A stretch of DNA of 64,000 nt from a virus. This document shows, in pieces, positions 47,415 through 55,839 of this stretch (the first letter of the stretch is position 1; each line of letters starts with the position of its first letter). The notes beneath the pieces are model-generated. The model was not told the origin of the DNA. It ran no database searches and worked only from the letters and a program-made list of their open reading frames with translations. Where the stretch lies: positions 1 through 64,000 of the IMG/VR virus record IMGVR_UViG_3300009008_000022; one strand, 5' to 3'. The translations under genes were made by a program, and so were the position numbers.

Positions 47415-47544
47415 GCTGGCGACTGTCAATCAGTGGGCCTTACCGGCGGCAAGGTTGCAGTCCGGCCGCGGCAAGCAGGGCCGCCGCGGTGTGTCTCGCC
47501 CTGGCCGCCATGATCGCGCTGTACTGGTGCGGGGGAGGATGAAA

Positions 47545-48087
47545 ATGGTTCTGTACTTCATTGGCAACGCAGCTCAGTTTGACCTGTTAGACGCCATGGC
47601 AAAGGGGCTGTTCAAGCCAGGAGAAAAGCAAGTCTGGGGCGCGCGGTGCCTTGAGGTGGAGCCGAGCCATAAGAAGGCAATGATCGGCTACGGGATGCTC
47701 CTGGGCTTCACCGTGACGGATGAGGCCGGAGATCTGCTGACCGACGCCGGCCACCCCATGTGGCGCAGCAAGCTCGACGAGAGCCCGTCCGAGGGCAAGT
47801 GCAAGTGCTCCGGGTGCTCCCAATTTGAGGCGCCCGCTATCGGGTACGGCGAAGGCGAGCCGCCCGATGAGGTGGTGGAGGTGTCTTATGCGGTTATGGA
47901 TCTATTGCGGAGCATGGACACTCCCTACGACGTTGGAATCAGCGCGCTGCTTTCGATTGTCGTTACCGCGCTTGCCAGGCCAGGACACACCCCCGAGCTG
48001 GTTCAACAGCTCCACGATGCGATTGATCGGGCGTTTGATGAGGCCGCCCCATGCCACCCCGCGCGGCCTGCCGGTGAAGCGAACTAG
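47545..48087 (+). CDS. Hypothetical protein
   Basis: GGGAGG RBS. Confidence 0.55.
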   Translation: MVLYFIGNAAQFDLLDAMAKGLFKPGEKQVWGARCLEVEPSHKKAMIGYGMLLGFTVTDEAGDLLTDAGHPMWRSKLDESPSEGKCKCSGCSQFEAPAIGYGEGEPPDEVVEVSYAVMDLLRSMDTPYDVGISALLSIVVTALARPGHTPELVQQLHDAIDRAFDEAAPCHPARPAGEAN

Positions 48088-48112
48088 GTTTAGCGGTACG
48101 CCGGCCGGGTCC

Positions 48113-48331
48113 ATGGTGGACTCGCACCAGCCAAAGCTAGACCTGGACCCGTTCATGCGACGGGTACGCCGGTTGATCGGGTGGGCTATCCTGAAAGGCG
48201 CCACGCCGCATAGCTGCATTCTCGCCCTGGACGGAGTGCGCGCCGAGCTGGAGAAAATGAACTGGCATTACAAGAGCAGATCCGCCGCGGTGGCGGACCT
48301 GCAATCCCACGACTGGCGCCGTCGCGCTTGA
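48113..48331 (+). CDS. Hypothetical protein
   Basis: Fills the gap; start uncertain. Confidence 0.4.
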   Translation: MVDSHQPKLDLDPFMRRVRRLIGWAILKGATPHSCILALDGVRAELEKMNWHYKSRSAAVADLQSHDWRRRA

Positions 48332-48386
48332 CAGCAAATCACAGCCGATCAAATGTAGTCGCTGTAAATAACAGCGGAGATAGACC

Positions 48387-48620
48387 ATGGCAATGCTCAG
48401 CCTCACCCCGACACAGCTCGCACTTCTGGAAACCCTGGACGGCCGCCGGCTGACCCACTACAAGGATGCTGCTATCGCCATCGGCAAGGACAACGGCCCG
48501 GTTATGCGGTCGCTGCGCAGCCTGGAGGACAAGGGGCTGGCCGTCGCCAACGCCGCGGGTGACAGCTTCAAGCGCACGTCCGCCGGAAGCTCCGAGATCA
48601 AGGTGCGGCTGCATAACTAG
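48387..48620 (+). CDS. Winged-HTH (MarR-like) protein
   Basis: LTPTQL.LL..L, V...L..LE.KGL....T.AG. Confidence 0.65.
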   Translation: MAMLSLTPTQLALLETLDGRRLTHYKDAAIAIGKDNGPVMRSLRSLEDKGLAVANAAGDSFKRTSAGSSEIKVRLHN

Positions 48621-48621
48621 C

Positions 48622-49359
48622 ATGGGCGCAGCTCAAGACATACGGCTGCGCAGCTCCGAGGATCTAGCCGCCCTGGCAAACCCGAGCTGTAGGCGGTGCT
48701 ACGGCCGCGGCTACACCGGCCGCAACGTGATCAACGGGGCGCTGCTCTGGTGTCGATGCGTGGTCAAGGCGGTGGAGGAAGGCAGGCAACCCACCGAAGA
48801 AGCGCGCCAGGCCGCCGCAGGCAAGCTCAAGCCGAGCGAGATAAACAAGGCCCGAGCCGAGCGCCTGTCCACCCTGGTGGAAGGGCTGGAAGCCAAGGCT
48901 GCGCAGTATGAGCGCGAAGTGGACGAGGAAACAGCCGACCTGGCCGCGGAGGTGGAGGATCTAGCCATGGCCGCGGAGTGGATCGAGGCCGAAGCCAGCG
49001 CCATACATGCGGCCGGATCGTTGCTCGAAACCAAGGCGGCCGAGCTGCTGTTTGACGTGGTAGCAGCTCAGCAGCGAATCGAGGATGAGCGGCGGCTAAT
49101 CCGGCAGCTTAAAGCGCAGGCGGTGGAGTGCGATACCGAGGGGGAGCGCAAGCGGCGTGAAGCCCAGGCTATGATCGATGAGTCCCGATACAATGGGGCG
49201 CACGCGCAGCTCGCGAGAGGCCAGCGCGACATGAGCCGGCAGAGCCGTAAGAAGCTACGCAAGGCAACCGAAGCCCGACGACGGGCGGACAAACTGCGCA
49301 AGCGGCTGCATGGCCTGCAAGCGCGCATAGATGGAGGGCAAGAGAATGGATCGGATTAA
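48622..49359 (+). CDS. Zn-finger + coiled-coil protein
   Basis: ANPSC.RCYGRG...C.CV then a long heptad region. Confidence 0.65.
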   Translation: MGAAQDIRLRSSEDLAALANPSCRRCYGRGYTGRNVINGALLWCRCVVKAVEEGRQPTEEARQAAAGKLKPSEINKARAERLSTLVEGLEAKAAQYEREVDEETADLAAEVEDLAMAAEWIEAEASAIHAAGSLLETKAAELLFDVVAAQQRIEDERRLIRQLKAQAVECDTEGERKRREAQAMIDESRYNGAHAQLARGQRDMSRQSRKKLRKATEARRRADKLRKRLHGLQARIDGGQENGSD

Positions 49360-49582
49360 CAACATTCTGAAAGGCGACAGCGCCGCGGGCAAGACCATCA
49401 CCTCGACGCTGCCGAAGCCGGACGTTGACAAGCTGGACGCGCTGTGCCGGCAGCTTAGCGTGCGGCGGTCGGAGTTTATCAAGGCGGCCGTGATGGACTC
49501 GGCGGACAAGATCGCGACCGAGCGCGGCGGGTGGGATGCGGTTGTCGCCGCGGACATGCCCGAGCCAGGCGACGACGAGTGA
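49346..49582 (+). CDS. Ribbon-helix-helix (CopG-like) regulator
   Basis: TITSTLP...VDKLD.LC..L.V.RSEFIK.AV. Confidence 0.72.
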   Translation: MDRINNILKGDSAAGKTITSTLPKPDVDKLDALCRQLSVRRSEFIKAAVMDSADKIATERGGWDAVVAADMPEPGDDE

Positions 49583-50622
49583 GCAAGCTACCGCAGAGCC
49601 AGGCCGCGGCGCGTGACTTGCTGGAGGTGATGCGAGCCGCCAGCAAACCGATCCTTGCCGCCAACGGCATACGGGAGTCGCCAGGCCGGCGCGTGACAAC
49701 CTGGGAGGACGGCCGTGGGCCGGCTGGCATGGCGTACCACTGGACCGGCGGCTGGAGCTGGAAAGGGGCGGCCAACTGGCTTAACTTCCCCTGGACAATC
49801 ATCAAGGGCGGCGAGACAGAGCCAGGCAACCGTGGCAGCTCTGCTCAAGTACTGATCATGGACCGGGATTGCATCGGGGACGCCTGGCCCGCCGAGCTGC
49901 GCAGCCTGTTTCCTGTGCCCACCCTGATCCTGTCACCCTGGACCGCTTCAACGTGGTGCACGAATTGGGTAAACAAGCTATGCGTCGGGGTGGAGCTGCG
50001 CAACAGTGGCCCCTGGCGCAAGGGCGAAACCCACCTGGGCAAAGCGCCCATGATGGCTTACGGGCAGCAATTCGAGCCGTACACGCAAGAGCAGATGATC
50101 AGCGCGATCAACCTTGGGCGCCTCGTGCGACAGTGGCGCGGTGACAAGCTGGATCCCAAGTGGATCGTCGGGCATTCCATGATCTCGATCAACAAAGCCG
50201 ACCCTGGCCCGCTGTGCCCCATGCACCGCATGAGGTGGGCAATCTGGGATACCAAAGATCCGGCCGAATACTGGTGGGTCCAGCGGCTACCCGAGGCGCC
50301 CTCAAACGAGGGCGTAGATGAGCCTGTCGCCCTGGGCGACGATGATCGCAACGGGCCGGACCTGTCGGAAATGATCCTGGTACATGACAAGTTTGTCGGC
50401 CTGGACGATCCAGGGTTTGCCACCGAGGCGCTATGGTGGCTGGGCTGGCAGGTTGGGCCGGAGCAGTTGCCACCGGCCGCGCTGAAAGAGTTTGTCTCCT
50501 ACTACCAGCGCCACACCCGGTGCACTAAGAACAAAACGCTCCACCTGAAGGTTGACGGCGTACCAGGGCCGAAAACGTGCGCCAGCATGGACGCCAGGCT
50601 ACGGCGCCTTGGGTTGCGGTAG
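49579..50622 (+). CDS. Endolysin: N-acetylmuramoyl-L-alanine amidase (Amidase_2) + peptidoglycan-binding domain
   Basis: YHWT, GVEL.N, YT.EQ, IVGHS, K.DPGP; C-terminal L.VDGV.GPKT. Confidence 0.85.
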   Translation: MSKLPQSQAAARDLLEVMRAASKPILAANGIRESPGRRVTTWEDGRGPAGMAYHWTGGWSWKGAANWLNFPWTIIKGGETEPGNRGSSAQVLIMDRDCIGDAWPAELRSLFPVPTLILSPWTASTWCTNWVNKLCVGVELRNSGPWRKGETHLGKAPMMAYGQQFEPYTQEQMISAINLGRLVRQWRGDKLDPKWIVGHSMISINKADPGPLCPMHRMRWAIWDTKDPAEYWWVQRLPEAPSNEGVDEPVALGDDDRNGPDLSEMILVHDKFVGLDDPGFATEALWWLGWQVGPEQLPPAALKEFVSYYQRHTRCTKNKTLHLKVDGVPGPKTCASMDARLRRLGLR

Positions 50623-50652
50623 CCCGTCGAGAACAGGTATCGTCGTGGGGCT

Positions 50653-51042
50653 ATGACAAATGACATTCCGAGCAGACTAGCGAAGCTAGAGCAGAGACAG
50701 GAGCACGTCGAAAAACAGACCGCAGAGCATGATGCTACAATGAATCAGCTCGCGCATTGGAGGGCGTCAACGGAGGGGCAATGCGCAGAGCACGGGGCGC
50801 GGATAACGGAGATTCTAGGGCGGGTGGGCGAAGTGGAGGCGCTAGTGGAGCGGTTCAAGGGCGCACGGATTATGCTGGTGCTGATCTTCACAGCTCTGAT
50901 GAGCATGATCGGGATGATGTTTTCCGCATACCAAATCTACCGCGAGAAGCCCAAGTCACCGGCTGCGCCGGCTGTTCAGCGTGTACCTTCACCCCGCGTA
51001 TCACAGACAGCTCCACCTCAACCCAAAGTGAGGCGAAAATGA
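50653..51042 (+). CDS. Membrane protein in lysis cluster (coiled coil + 1 TM)
   Basis: Hydrophobic IMLVLIFTALMSMIGMMF. Confidence 0.6.
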   Translation: MTNDIPSRLAKLEQRQEHVEKQTAEHDATMNQLAHWRASTEGQCAEHGARITEILGRVGEVEALVERFKGARIMLVLIFTALMSMIGMMFSAYQIYREKPKSPAAPAVQRVPSPRVSQTAPPQPKVRRK

Positions 51043-51287
51043 CAGAGAAGAAAAGCAGCCCCGGCTACAAAACAACGGAGTTTTGGCTCAGCCTGATCGT
51101 GGTGGTTCTGGGCGCGTTCATGGCGTCGGGCATGGTTCCCGGCGACCACGTTGCGATCAAGGTCGGCGGCATGGTGATGGCGGTGCTTTCCGGCATGGGT
51201 TACACGGCTGGCCGGAGCAAGATCAAGGCCGCGGCCGAGGTGAGCAACGGCAAGCATCCCCCCGTGGCAAAGGATGGTGAAAAATGA
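51039..51287 (+). CDS. Holin
   Basis: PGYKTTEFWL, two TM segments, GYT..R..IK. Confidence 0.72.
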   Translation: MTEKKSSPGYKTTEFWLSLIVVVLGAFMASGMVPGDHVAIKVGGMVMAVLSGMGYTAGRSKIKAAAEVSNGKHPPVAKDGEK

Positions 51288-51757
51288 GGCGGCCCCTGCA
51301 AGCAGCCGGCGCCCTGGTGCTGGCCCTGATTCTCTCCATGACCGTTGCCTGTGGCACGTCAACGCTCAAGAAGATCCACATGGCGAATGAAGGCGTGGCA
51401 GCTCTAACCAGGGCGGTTATCCCCGCCTGGGATCAAGCCTGCCAGGACAAGGCGAGCGAGTGCAACACGACGGCCAAGGCCGAGCTGGGCAAGTGCAAGG
51501 CCGGAGCTGCCGATGAGGCGGCCACCGCGGCGTGCGTCGAGGCGGCCAAGTCCGGCGCCCTGGCGTGCATCAAGCCGTGCAAGGAAGCCCGAGCGGCCTA
51601 CTACAAGGCGGCCAACGGCGCCCACGTTGCGTGCGCGTCCGCGGCCGTGCTGGCGACCCTGGAAAAAGAGGACGCCGCGATTGCCAAGCTATCCACCGCC
51701 CTGGGCGCGCTCAAGACAGCTCAGGAGCTTGCTACCAAGGCCGGACTGATCAAGTAG
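51284..51757 (+). CDS. Cys-rich lipoprotein (possible spanin component)
   Basis: Signal peptide with lipobox-like TVAC-G; helical. Confidence 0.6.
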   Translation: MRRPLQAAGALVLALILSMTVACGTSTLKKIHMANEGVAALTRAVIPAWDQACQDKASECNTTAKAELGKCKAGAADEAATAACVEAAKSGALACIKPCKEARAAYYKAANGAHVACASAAVLATLEKEDAAIAKLSTALGALKTAQELATKAGLIK

Positions 51758-51890
51758 CTGGCCTAACCAAATGACGTGGATCCCCTGCCATTGCGGTGAG
51801 TACTGGTGCACGGTGCACAAGTGCCACACTTTTGAGTGCTCGTGTCCGCCGATAGAAGAATGGGAAACAGACCCTTACCGGGAGGTTGAA

Positions 51891-52091
51891 ATGGATTGGT
51901 CAAGCATCATCGGAACAGGTATCGGCGCGCTGGCTCAGGCCGCGGTCGGTTTCGCCAAGTCGGCGTTTGGCGTGGACGTAAAAGCGGACGACGTGATCAA
52001 GGCGGCCAACGGTTACATTGCAGCCAATACCAGCGCCCAGGCCGAAGCTGACAAGGCAGACGACGCAACCGCCACCGAAGGTCTGGAGTAG
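51891..52091 (+). CDS. Small hypothetical protein
   Basis: GGAGGT RBS before MDWSSIIG. Confidence 0.55.
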   Translation: MDWSSIIGTGIGALAQAAVGFAKSAFGVDVKADDVIKAANGYIAANTSAQAEADKADDATATEGLE

Positions 52092-52100
52092 CCCGCCGCA

Positions 52101-52415
52101 ATGCCGATCCGTGAGTACAAATGCCGGCGGTGCGGCCTGGTGAGTGAGCACCTCATCCTGTCCAGCTCAGACCGGCCGGAGGAGTGCCCCGGCTGCCCTG
52201 GGCTACCGGACGCGCTAGAGCTGGTGACGATAAGCCGGAGCAGCTTTGTCATGGGGCGGCCCAACGTGGGCAAGGTCTACACGTCCGACGCGCAGATGGA
52301 AGCGGAGCACGGCGCGGACTGGCGCGAAACACCCGGCAGTCGAGCCATGACGGACGGCAACCCCATACCAGAGCGGCAGCATTTTGACCAAAAGGCGAAA
52401 GCTAGGGCAGAATGA
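52101..52415 (+). CDS. FmdB-family zinc-ribbon protein
   Basis: MPI.EYKC..CG...E.......CPGC...IS..SF. Confidence 0.8.
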   Translation: MPIREYKCRRCGLVSEHLILSSSDRPEECPGCPGLPDALELVTISRSSFVMGRPNVGKVYTSDAQMEAEHGADWRETPGSRAMTDGNPIPERQHFDQKAKARAE

Positions 52416-52419
52416 TCGT

Positions 52420-52944
52420 ATGCCCGACGACGACGCCCCAAAGCCCCTGCCCCCGTCCGCCCGTTGGATTAACTACGCCAAGGCCGCGGCCATCTTGATC
52501 CCCGTCATTTACGCCGTCTACCAGGGCCACACCGGCAAGGAATCGGCGGACAAAAACACCGCGAAGGTGGGAGAGGCATGGGGACTGCTCCAGCCCACCG
52601 TCAACACGCAGACCGACGCGCTACATGATCTGTTTGAAAGGGTCCGGCGCCTGGAGAGCGCAGCCATGGCCGGTATGGGCATGGGAGGCATGGACTTGCC
52701 GCGGCCGGCGCGTGTGGTGGTGGAGGAATACAAGCCGAAGCCCAAAAAACCCAGGGTTAAAAAGCCAAAGCGGCGCCCAAGGCCAGGGGAGCCGGTAGCA
52801 GCCAGCCCCATGAGCCGGACGCCGCCCCCACCGAAGCCGGCGCCCAGGCCGGACGCCGGAGCACCGCCAACTCGCAAGTTCAAGCTGCGCAAGTTGCCAA
52901 CCAACCTCACGGCCCAACAGCGTGCGCCAGCAGCCAGTTTATAG
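52420..52944 (+). CDS. Membrane-anchored Pro/Lys-rich protein
   Basis: One TM segment and a Pro-rich tail. Confidence 0.5.
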   Translation: MPDDDAPKPLPPSARWINYAKAAAILIPVIYAVYQGHTGKESADKNTAKVGEAWGLLQPTVNTQTDALHDLFERVRRLESAAMAGMGMGGMDLPRPARVVVEEYKPKPKKPRVKKPKRRPRPGEPVAASPMSRTPPPPKPAPRPDAGAPPTRKFKLRKLPTNLTAQQRAPAASL

Positions 52945-53084
52945 ACCGCCACCGGTTGCCCCTGCCACGCCTGGCGAGCCCACCTGGCACAAGTGCACAG
53001 CCTGTGGGGGGCTGACCCTGGACCCGCGGCCTGGCACCTACTCCTGCCCCCGATGCGACGGTACAATGGCAGAGGTGCCCGAGG

Positions 53085-54851
53085 ATGAGATCAACCCGCA
53101 AGCTGCCGAATAACTGCCTACGCAGGCACGATCCACCGGTACGCACGCCCGTTGTGGGCGGCCAAGTCCAGCGGTCGCTCAAGGACGTAATCAGCGAGAT
53201 CAAGGATCAGGGCGAGCTGCAATCTTCGCTCACGTCCGCCACAACTCAGGCCGCGCTGCATGAGCACATGCTCGTGGCGAGCTGCGCTTACTTCGCAGAG
53301 GCGACGATCAGCGGTCCTAACGAGGAGCCTTACAACGGCCGGTTTCTAATCGCAAAGCACCACCTGGCATGGGATGAGGCGCTGCTCAGCAACAAGAAGC
53401 TCTGCATTCAGGCAGCTCGTGACCACGGCAAGAGCCACTTTTGGGCGGTCGCTTTCCCAATCTGGCTTGGCGGGTGGCGAATGCCTGGCGGCCTGGGCTA
53501 TATGTTCAGCGCGAGCCAGGAGCTTGCCGAGGAAAAGCTGGAGCTGGTCAAGCGCGAGATCAAACAGAACGAGGCGCTGCATTGGCTGATACCCGAGAGC
53601 GGTGAGCGGTACTGGTCAAAGCGGGAGATCCGGCTGAGCACCGGAACCATCATCCGAGCCCGCGGTTGGGGCGTCCGCGTCCGAGGCGGCCACCCTCAGT
53701 GGATCATTGCAGACGACGTGTTAGACGACGACTGCTTGTATTCGGAAACCATCCGGCGCCGGTCGGTTGAGTACTTCTTCAGCGTGCCCGTCAACATGGT
53801 GGTGCCGAACGGCTGGCTCGTCGTGGTCGGTACGCCGTTTCACTTCGCGGACCTGTACCACAAGATCGCGGAAACCGGGAAATACGCCTGCTTAACTTTT
53901 GCCGCCCTGGACGGCGAAGATCCGCTATTCCCGCAGCGGTACAACGCAGCTCGCTTGCAGGACAAACGAGAGGAGATCGGAGAGATCCGGTTTGCTCGCG
54001 AGTTTCTGTGCCGGCCGCTATCCGATGAGGCGTCCCTGTTTCCGTCGCACCTGTTTGAAGGTGACGAGGTGCGCGTGCCGTACCGCCTGGGCATGGGCGC
54101 GGACCATTGGGAGGAGCGAAACATGCTCCGGTACACCGGCGTTGACCTGGCCTTTTCCGCCGAGACTGGCGCGGACTACACCGTGATCATCACGATTGCA
54201 GTAGACCCGCACGGCAACCGGTGGCTGGCAAACATGCGCAGGGGCCGCGGTTGGGGCTATTCCAGGCAGATCCAGGAGATGAAAGAGGAGTACGCGCTCA
54301 TGCGGCCTGATATGTTCCACATCGAGGCCAATCAGGCTCAGCGCATCCTGGGCGATTCAATCGCAGCTCAGTCCATTTTGCCCGTCCGGCTTTTCTTCAC
54401 GGCCGGCGCTCAGCCCAAAAAGCCCTGGACCCGCGGCATGACCAGCATTACCGCAGGCAAGCACAGCCTGGACCGCGGCGTACCGAGCTTGAGGCTGGCA
54501 TTCGAGCGCAAGAAGTGGCGGATCCCGCGCGGTGACGCGCACGCCATTGACATGACCGACACCTGGATCGCGGAGTTTAATTGCATTGCCTACGAAAACG
54601 GCAAGGTTGAGTCCGTGGGCGAGCATGACGATTGCGTGATGGCTACTTGGATGGCGGACACCGCAGCTCGCATGGGCGAAGGTGTTACGATGGTATTCGG
54701 AGGAGAGGAAGCAGAGCCGGAAAATGTTGATCCAGACGCGCCCGAAGCGGAGGATCTAGACTACTTCGGGCTAGGTGAGTACGATGCTGGGGAGGAACAA
54801 CCCCCGCAGTACAACCTGGGAAGCCTGATCGGAGACAGAACAGGAGAGTGA
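53085..54851 (+). CDS. terL: Terminase large subunit (true start may be slightly downstream)
   Basis: AARDHGKS (Walker A), VRG, IIADD (Walker B), VGTP...DLY, FAREF, GVDLA, HDD.VMA.W. Confidence 0.92.
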   Translation: MRSTRKLPNNCLRRHDPPVRTPVVGGQVQRSLKDVISEIKDQGELQSSLTSATTQAALHEHMLVASCAYFAEATISGPNEEPYNGRFLIAKHHLAWDEALLSNKKLCIQAARDHGKSHFWAVAFPIWLGGWRMPGGLGYMFSASQELAEEKLELVKREIKQNEALHWLIPESGERYWSKREIRLSTGTIIRARGWGVRVRGGHPQWIIADDVLDDDCLYSETIRRRSVEYFFSVPVNMVVPNGWLVVVGTPFHFADLYHKIAETGKYACLTFAALDGEDPLFPQRYNAARLQDKREEIGEIRFAREFLCRPLSDEASLFPSHLFEGDEVRVPYRLGMGADHWEERNMLRYTGVDLAFSAETGADYTVIITIAVDPHGNRWLANMRRGRGWGYSRQIQEMKEEYALMRPDMFHIEANQAQRILGDSIAAQSILPVRLFFTAGAQPKKPWTRGMTSITAGKHSLDRGVPSLRLAFERKKWRIPRGDAHAIDMTDTWIAEFNCIAYENGKVESVGEHDDCVMATWMADTAARMGEGVTMVFGGEEAEPENVDPDAPEAEDLDYFGLGEYDAGEEQPPQYNLGSLIGDRTGE

Positions 54852-54855
54852 CACC

Positions 54856-55434
54856 ATGAGTAATCGCAGCGTATCGACCCCCGACCGCGCCGGCAAAACG
54901 CCGTCCGAGATCGCCAATCGCAACAGCAAGCTCTGCCAGGATCTTGAGGCGCTGCGCACCTTCATGCGCAACCATATCCAGGGCGGCTACCTCAAGGCGC
55001 CGACTACCAGCAGCGCGCAGCTCACCGGCAGCGGCAACACCACGTTCAATGTGAACTACGAGTCCGGCCTGGCCGTGGTCGATGGCGTGGCCGCCAGCGT
55101 GCCCCTGAAGGCGGACCTGTCGATCCATGCCGGCAGCAACATCGGTTGGGCAGCTCTGACAACCAAGTCGTGCGTGGCGGCCGTGGTTGCCAAGTCCGTT
55201 TCCGGCGTGATCACCCTGGTGGCGGTCAAGGGGACCGTGGACCTGGACGCCGACGCCGTTGGCCCGACCGACGCCGTGATCCAGGCGGCCGTGGGCGCTG
55301 GCAACCCGTGGGTCAAGGTGGGGGAAACCACCCTGGAGCGCACCGCGGACACCACCGTGGTCCAGACCTACGACAATACCAAGCGGCCGATCCTGTGCGT
55401 CAACGAGGACAGCCAGCTTGGGGACTGGAGCTAG
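54856..55434 (+). CDS. Hypothetical, possibly structural protein
   Basis: AGGAG RBS; Ala/Thr/Val-rich, strong GC3 bias. Confidence 0.7.
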   Translation: MSNRSVSTPDRAGKTPSEIANRNSKLCQDLEALRTFMRNHIQGGYLKAPTTSSAQLTGSGNTTFNVNYESGLAVVDGVAASVPLKADLSIHAGSNIGWAALTTKSCVAAVVAKSVSGVITLVAVKGTVDLDADAVGPTDAVIQAAVGAGNPWVKVGETTLERTADTTVVQTYDNTKRPILCVNEDSQLGDWS

Positions 55435-55444
55435 AGCCCCGATA

Positions 55445-55525
55445 CAGGGCACCGGCCGGCGCTAAACCGGCCGCGAATGGCGCCCTCCAAGCGCGGCCCA
55501 ATGGCCCGGCCGGCGCCCTGCTTTT
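55445..55525 (+). ncRNA. Long hairpin with anti-RBS loop, ending in a U-tract (terminator and/or 3'UTR-derived sRNA)
   Basis: Outer stem 55445-55459/55506-55520 (1 mismatch); inner stem 55469-55475/55492-55498; loop AATGGCGCCCTCCAAG; then CTTTT. Confidence 0.5.
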
Positions 55526-55568
55526 GGAGCTGGATCGCGCATGGGCTACCCTGTTTCGCGTAGGTGGT

Positions 55569-55824
55569 TTTGCTTAACCACCACCTTAACTAGCAGCTTA
55601 ACTAGGTGCTGTCCCTGCCACCTGGACGCGAGCCGTCCGCCCCCGTCATTTTTGTCCGTCCGAAGCGGTGGAATTGTCCACCGATACGGTAAAGGTGCGA
55701 GATGATTGGGGGCGGCCTGTCGTTTTGCTTAACCTATGGCTTAACTAGCAACTTATCCAATTCGTAGCAGATGCAGATGCAGATGAAGATCTGTTTTTAA
55801 GGGGGGGTGCAGGGGGGGAAACCG
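55569..55824 (+). repeat. Non-coding second copy of the iteron/origin element
   Basis: Two triplets of CTTA(A/T)C(C/T) at 12-bp spacing (55573/85/97; 55728/40/52), then CGTAGCAGATGCAGATGCA and GGGGGTGCAGGGGG as in 33558-33657. Confidence 0.8.
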
Positions 55825-55839
55825 GGAGAAGGATCCGCC

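Noticed and set aside
47330-47430. tRNA-like segment (GGGGATCGAGTCCC resembles a T-arm)
   Set aside because: No cloverleaf could be built, and the region is covered by small overlapping ORFs.
48328-48357. Sigma70 promoter (TTGACA)
   Set aside because: Good -35 but no convincing -10 at 16-18 bp; left uncalled.
55569-55760. Possible CRISPR/mini-array
   Set aside because: Repeats are 7-mers at 12-bp pitch with no 25-40 bp spacers and no cas genes; they match the iterons in the initiator gene.
55807-55839. ORF-track start of polyvalent protein 1 (and 59580 for protein 2)
   Set aside because: 55807 lies in the ori-like G-tract; ATG 55840 or 55960 is more plausible. Protein 2 starts at the TAATG overlap at 59790.
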